Shown piece by piece: positions 62,426 through 64,000 of a stretch of 64,000 nt of DNA. A program made the position numbers and the translations under genes. The notes under the pieces are model-generated. The model saw nothing but the letters and a program-made list of their open reading frames with translations. It made no database searches and was not told where the DNA came from. The first letter of the stretch is position 1. Every line of letters starts with the position of its first letter. The DNA comes from Lytechinus pictus (taxonomy: Eukaryota): NCBI RefSeq assembly GCF_037042905.1, contig NC_087251.1:27964001-28028000 (forward strand), read 5' to 3'.

Positions 62426-62877
62426 AAAATAGTTCGATCGCTATATTCTCCCTGACCGAGTCTGGGGTTATTCAAAATATTTATTTTATAGTTTGGGTTG
62501 TCGTTCCATACTTCAGATTGTGGGTGGGGACGTGAGGTGAAAACATATCTAAAATTTTCGGAGCGCTCAATCTGCGCGCCAATTTTTCAGGGCCCTGGGA
62601 ACGATTTTTTGACTGATGACTGATGGGGTGCTGATGTAAAATAAATGATTTTAAAAGCAAAACAAACAAAAAAGTTTTTACTAAGAAATGGAGGTCATTT
62701 TGGATACATTTTTCCATGTTTACACATCTTCCATTAAGGGGGTGCTGCCTATGCAGCTATACCCTAAGGAAAATCCCCGCTTCCCAAGCAGGGTCATGCA
62801 AATTTTAACAGAATTTTGCACATGAATTAAGAGCTCCGAAAAATTGACAATTTTCTATGTATAATAGTATTTTAATC

Positions 62878-63493
62878 ACTGGCGTAAATCCGAGCAGTGG
62901 GGGTGACAGCAATGATTATAATGATCTGAAAATCCAAAATTTTGAGGAAAAAGAAATATAAAGAGTAAACAAGTATTAAACAGTCCATATTTTGTTCGAT
63001 AAAAACTCATTTGCTCACTGGCCAAAGGTGAGATGAGAATGAAAAATCATAATTATCGGGATTAATTAAGGGTGCTTATAATGATTGTAGGTCATCAGGC
63101 CACAATACAAACTTCCAAAAACGTGGAAATAGTACAATGATGCAAATATTAAAAGAAAAATATTGCAGAAAGGAAAGATTTTGAATAATTAATCGTTAAG
63201 ATTATATTAGGAGATGATTCAACATTCAAAATTTGGAACAAACTTCATATTTAAAATATTTATTAGATTGTGATGGAAGATTTAAAGTCTCTTATAAACG
63301 GATGAAATTGTAAAGTGAGTGAGAAATATTGCTGTCCTCTTTTGCCTCTGTGTTTCAGTAACGGCATTGATTTGGTCAACCATCAGTAACTATTCGTACT
63401 CTTATAACTAGACGTATAGCTTATATACCTATATTTTTGTAAAAATTATCCCCCGCTTCCACAAAGATGCCCCCCCCCCCATTCACGCCAGTG
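62878..63493. mobile_element. Non-autonomous hAT-like element; small relative at 29586-29690
   Basis: TIRs CACTGGCGTAAAT / ATTCACGCCAGTG with G/C runs; no clean TSD. Confidence 0.5.
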
Positions 63494-63609
63494 TATTCAA
63501 AGGATGTTTTTATTTATTTATGATCAAAGTTATATAATGAGTAATTGGTATCATGCAATTCATAAATGGACGTAATACTACTATTAAAACCATACTCTCA
63601 TGATGGAGG

Positions 63610-64000
63610 CCCGGGGGGTGGCCACTTACTTTGACGAGTTGATACCATGCGCGAACCAAAAAACACGTAAAAATGATGTCTTTTCAAGATAGGGCGTGTT
63701 ACGTACATAACGTAATAATGGTGTCATAAAACAGTAAAATAATGTAAAAAGGGTATCTATTCGCTAGGAAAGCTGTACGTGTTTAGGGTCAAATTTGCGG
63801 GGGTATAAAAATTAAGACTAAAAGTTTTATTAAGGATGTACTTTTTGCCCCAACACTACGTGTTTAGAGTCCAATTTGCACGAGGTGGAGCCGTAATAAA
63901 CCCAATGTATATAGGTAAAGGTAAACCGACGACCGACGTCCGTGATATAACAATTAAAATATCACTGTACTTGTTTAGGGGTCAATTCAGGAAATACTTG
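63610..64000. mobile_element. Left end of probable DNA transposon (CCCGGGGGG terminus), runs off window
   Basis: CCCGGGGGGTGGCCACTT followed by recurring TACGTGTTTAGGGTC motifs. Confidence 0.4.

Overview
AT-rich, intron-rich animal genomic DNA. It is most likely from an echinoderm such as a sea urchin, inferred from the repeat families and gene content and not proven. Two convergent protein-coding genes can be rebuilt exon by exon with consistent splice phases. The + strand holds the last 9 coding exons of USP34 (530-7701, about 574 C-terminal codons). The - strand holds a complete CatSper-gamma (CATSPERG, sperm Ca2+ channel auxiliary subunit) gene: 21 coding exons from 48392 to 18337, 4308 nt, 1435 aa, with a probable non-coding first exon and promoter near 56.6-56.8 kb. 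The standout is an in-frame insertion of about 246 aa, (HHG-E6-11)n and His/Gly/Glu-rich, in the CatSper-gamma ectodomain (exon 34752-35593), where the mammalian protein has only a short linker. Other notable points are a GC-AG intron in CATSPERG, a USP34 intron bracketed by complementary (GAT)n/(ATC)n repeats, and a filled/empty transposon site pair inside a tandem duplication. The rest is a dense mix of non-autonomous transposons (Helentron/DINE-1-like, TTAA Kolobok-like, Harbinger-like MITEs, a Tc1 relic, tRNA-SINEs, a CR1/L2-group LINE 3' end) and simple repeats. Protein identifications rest on recalled homologue sequences; no database search was run.
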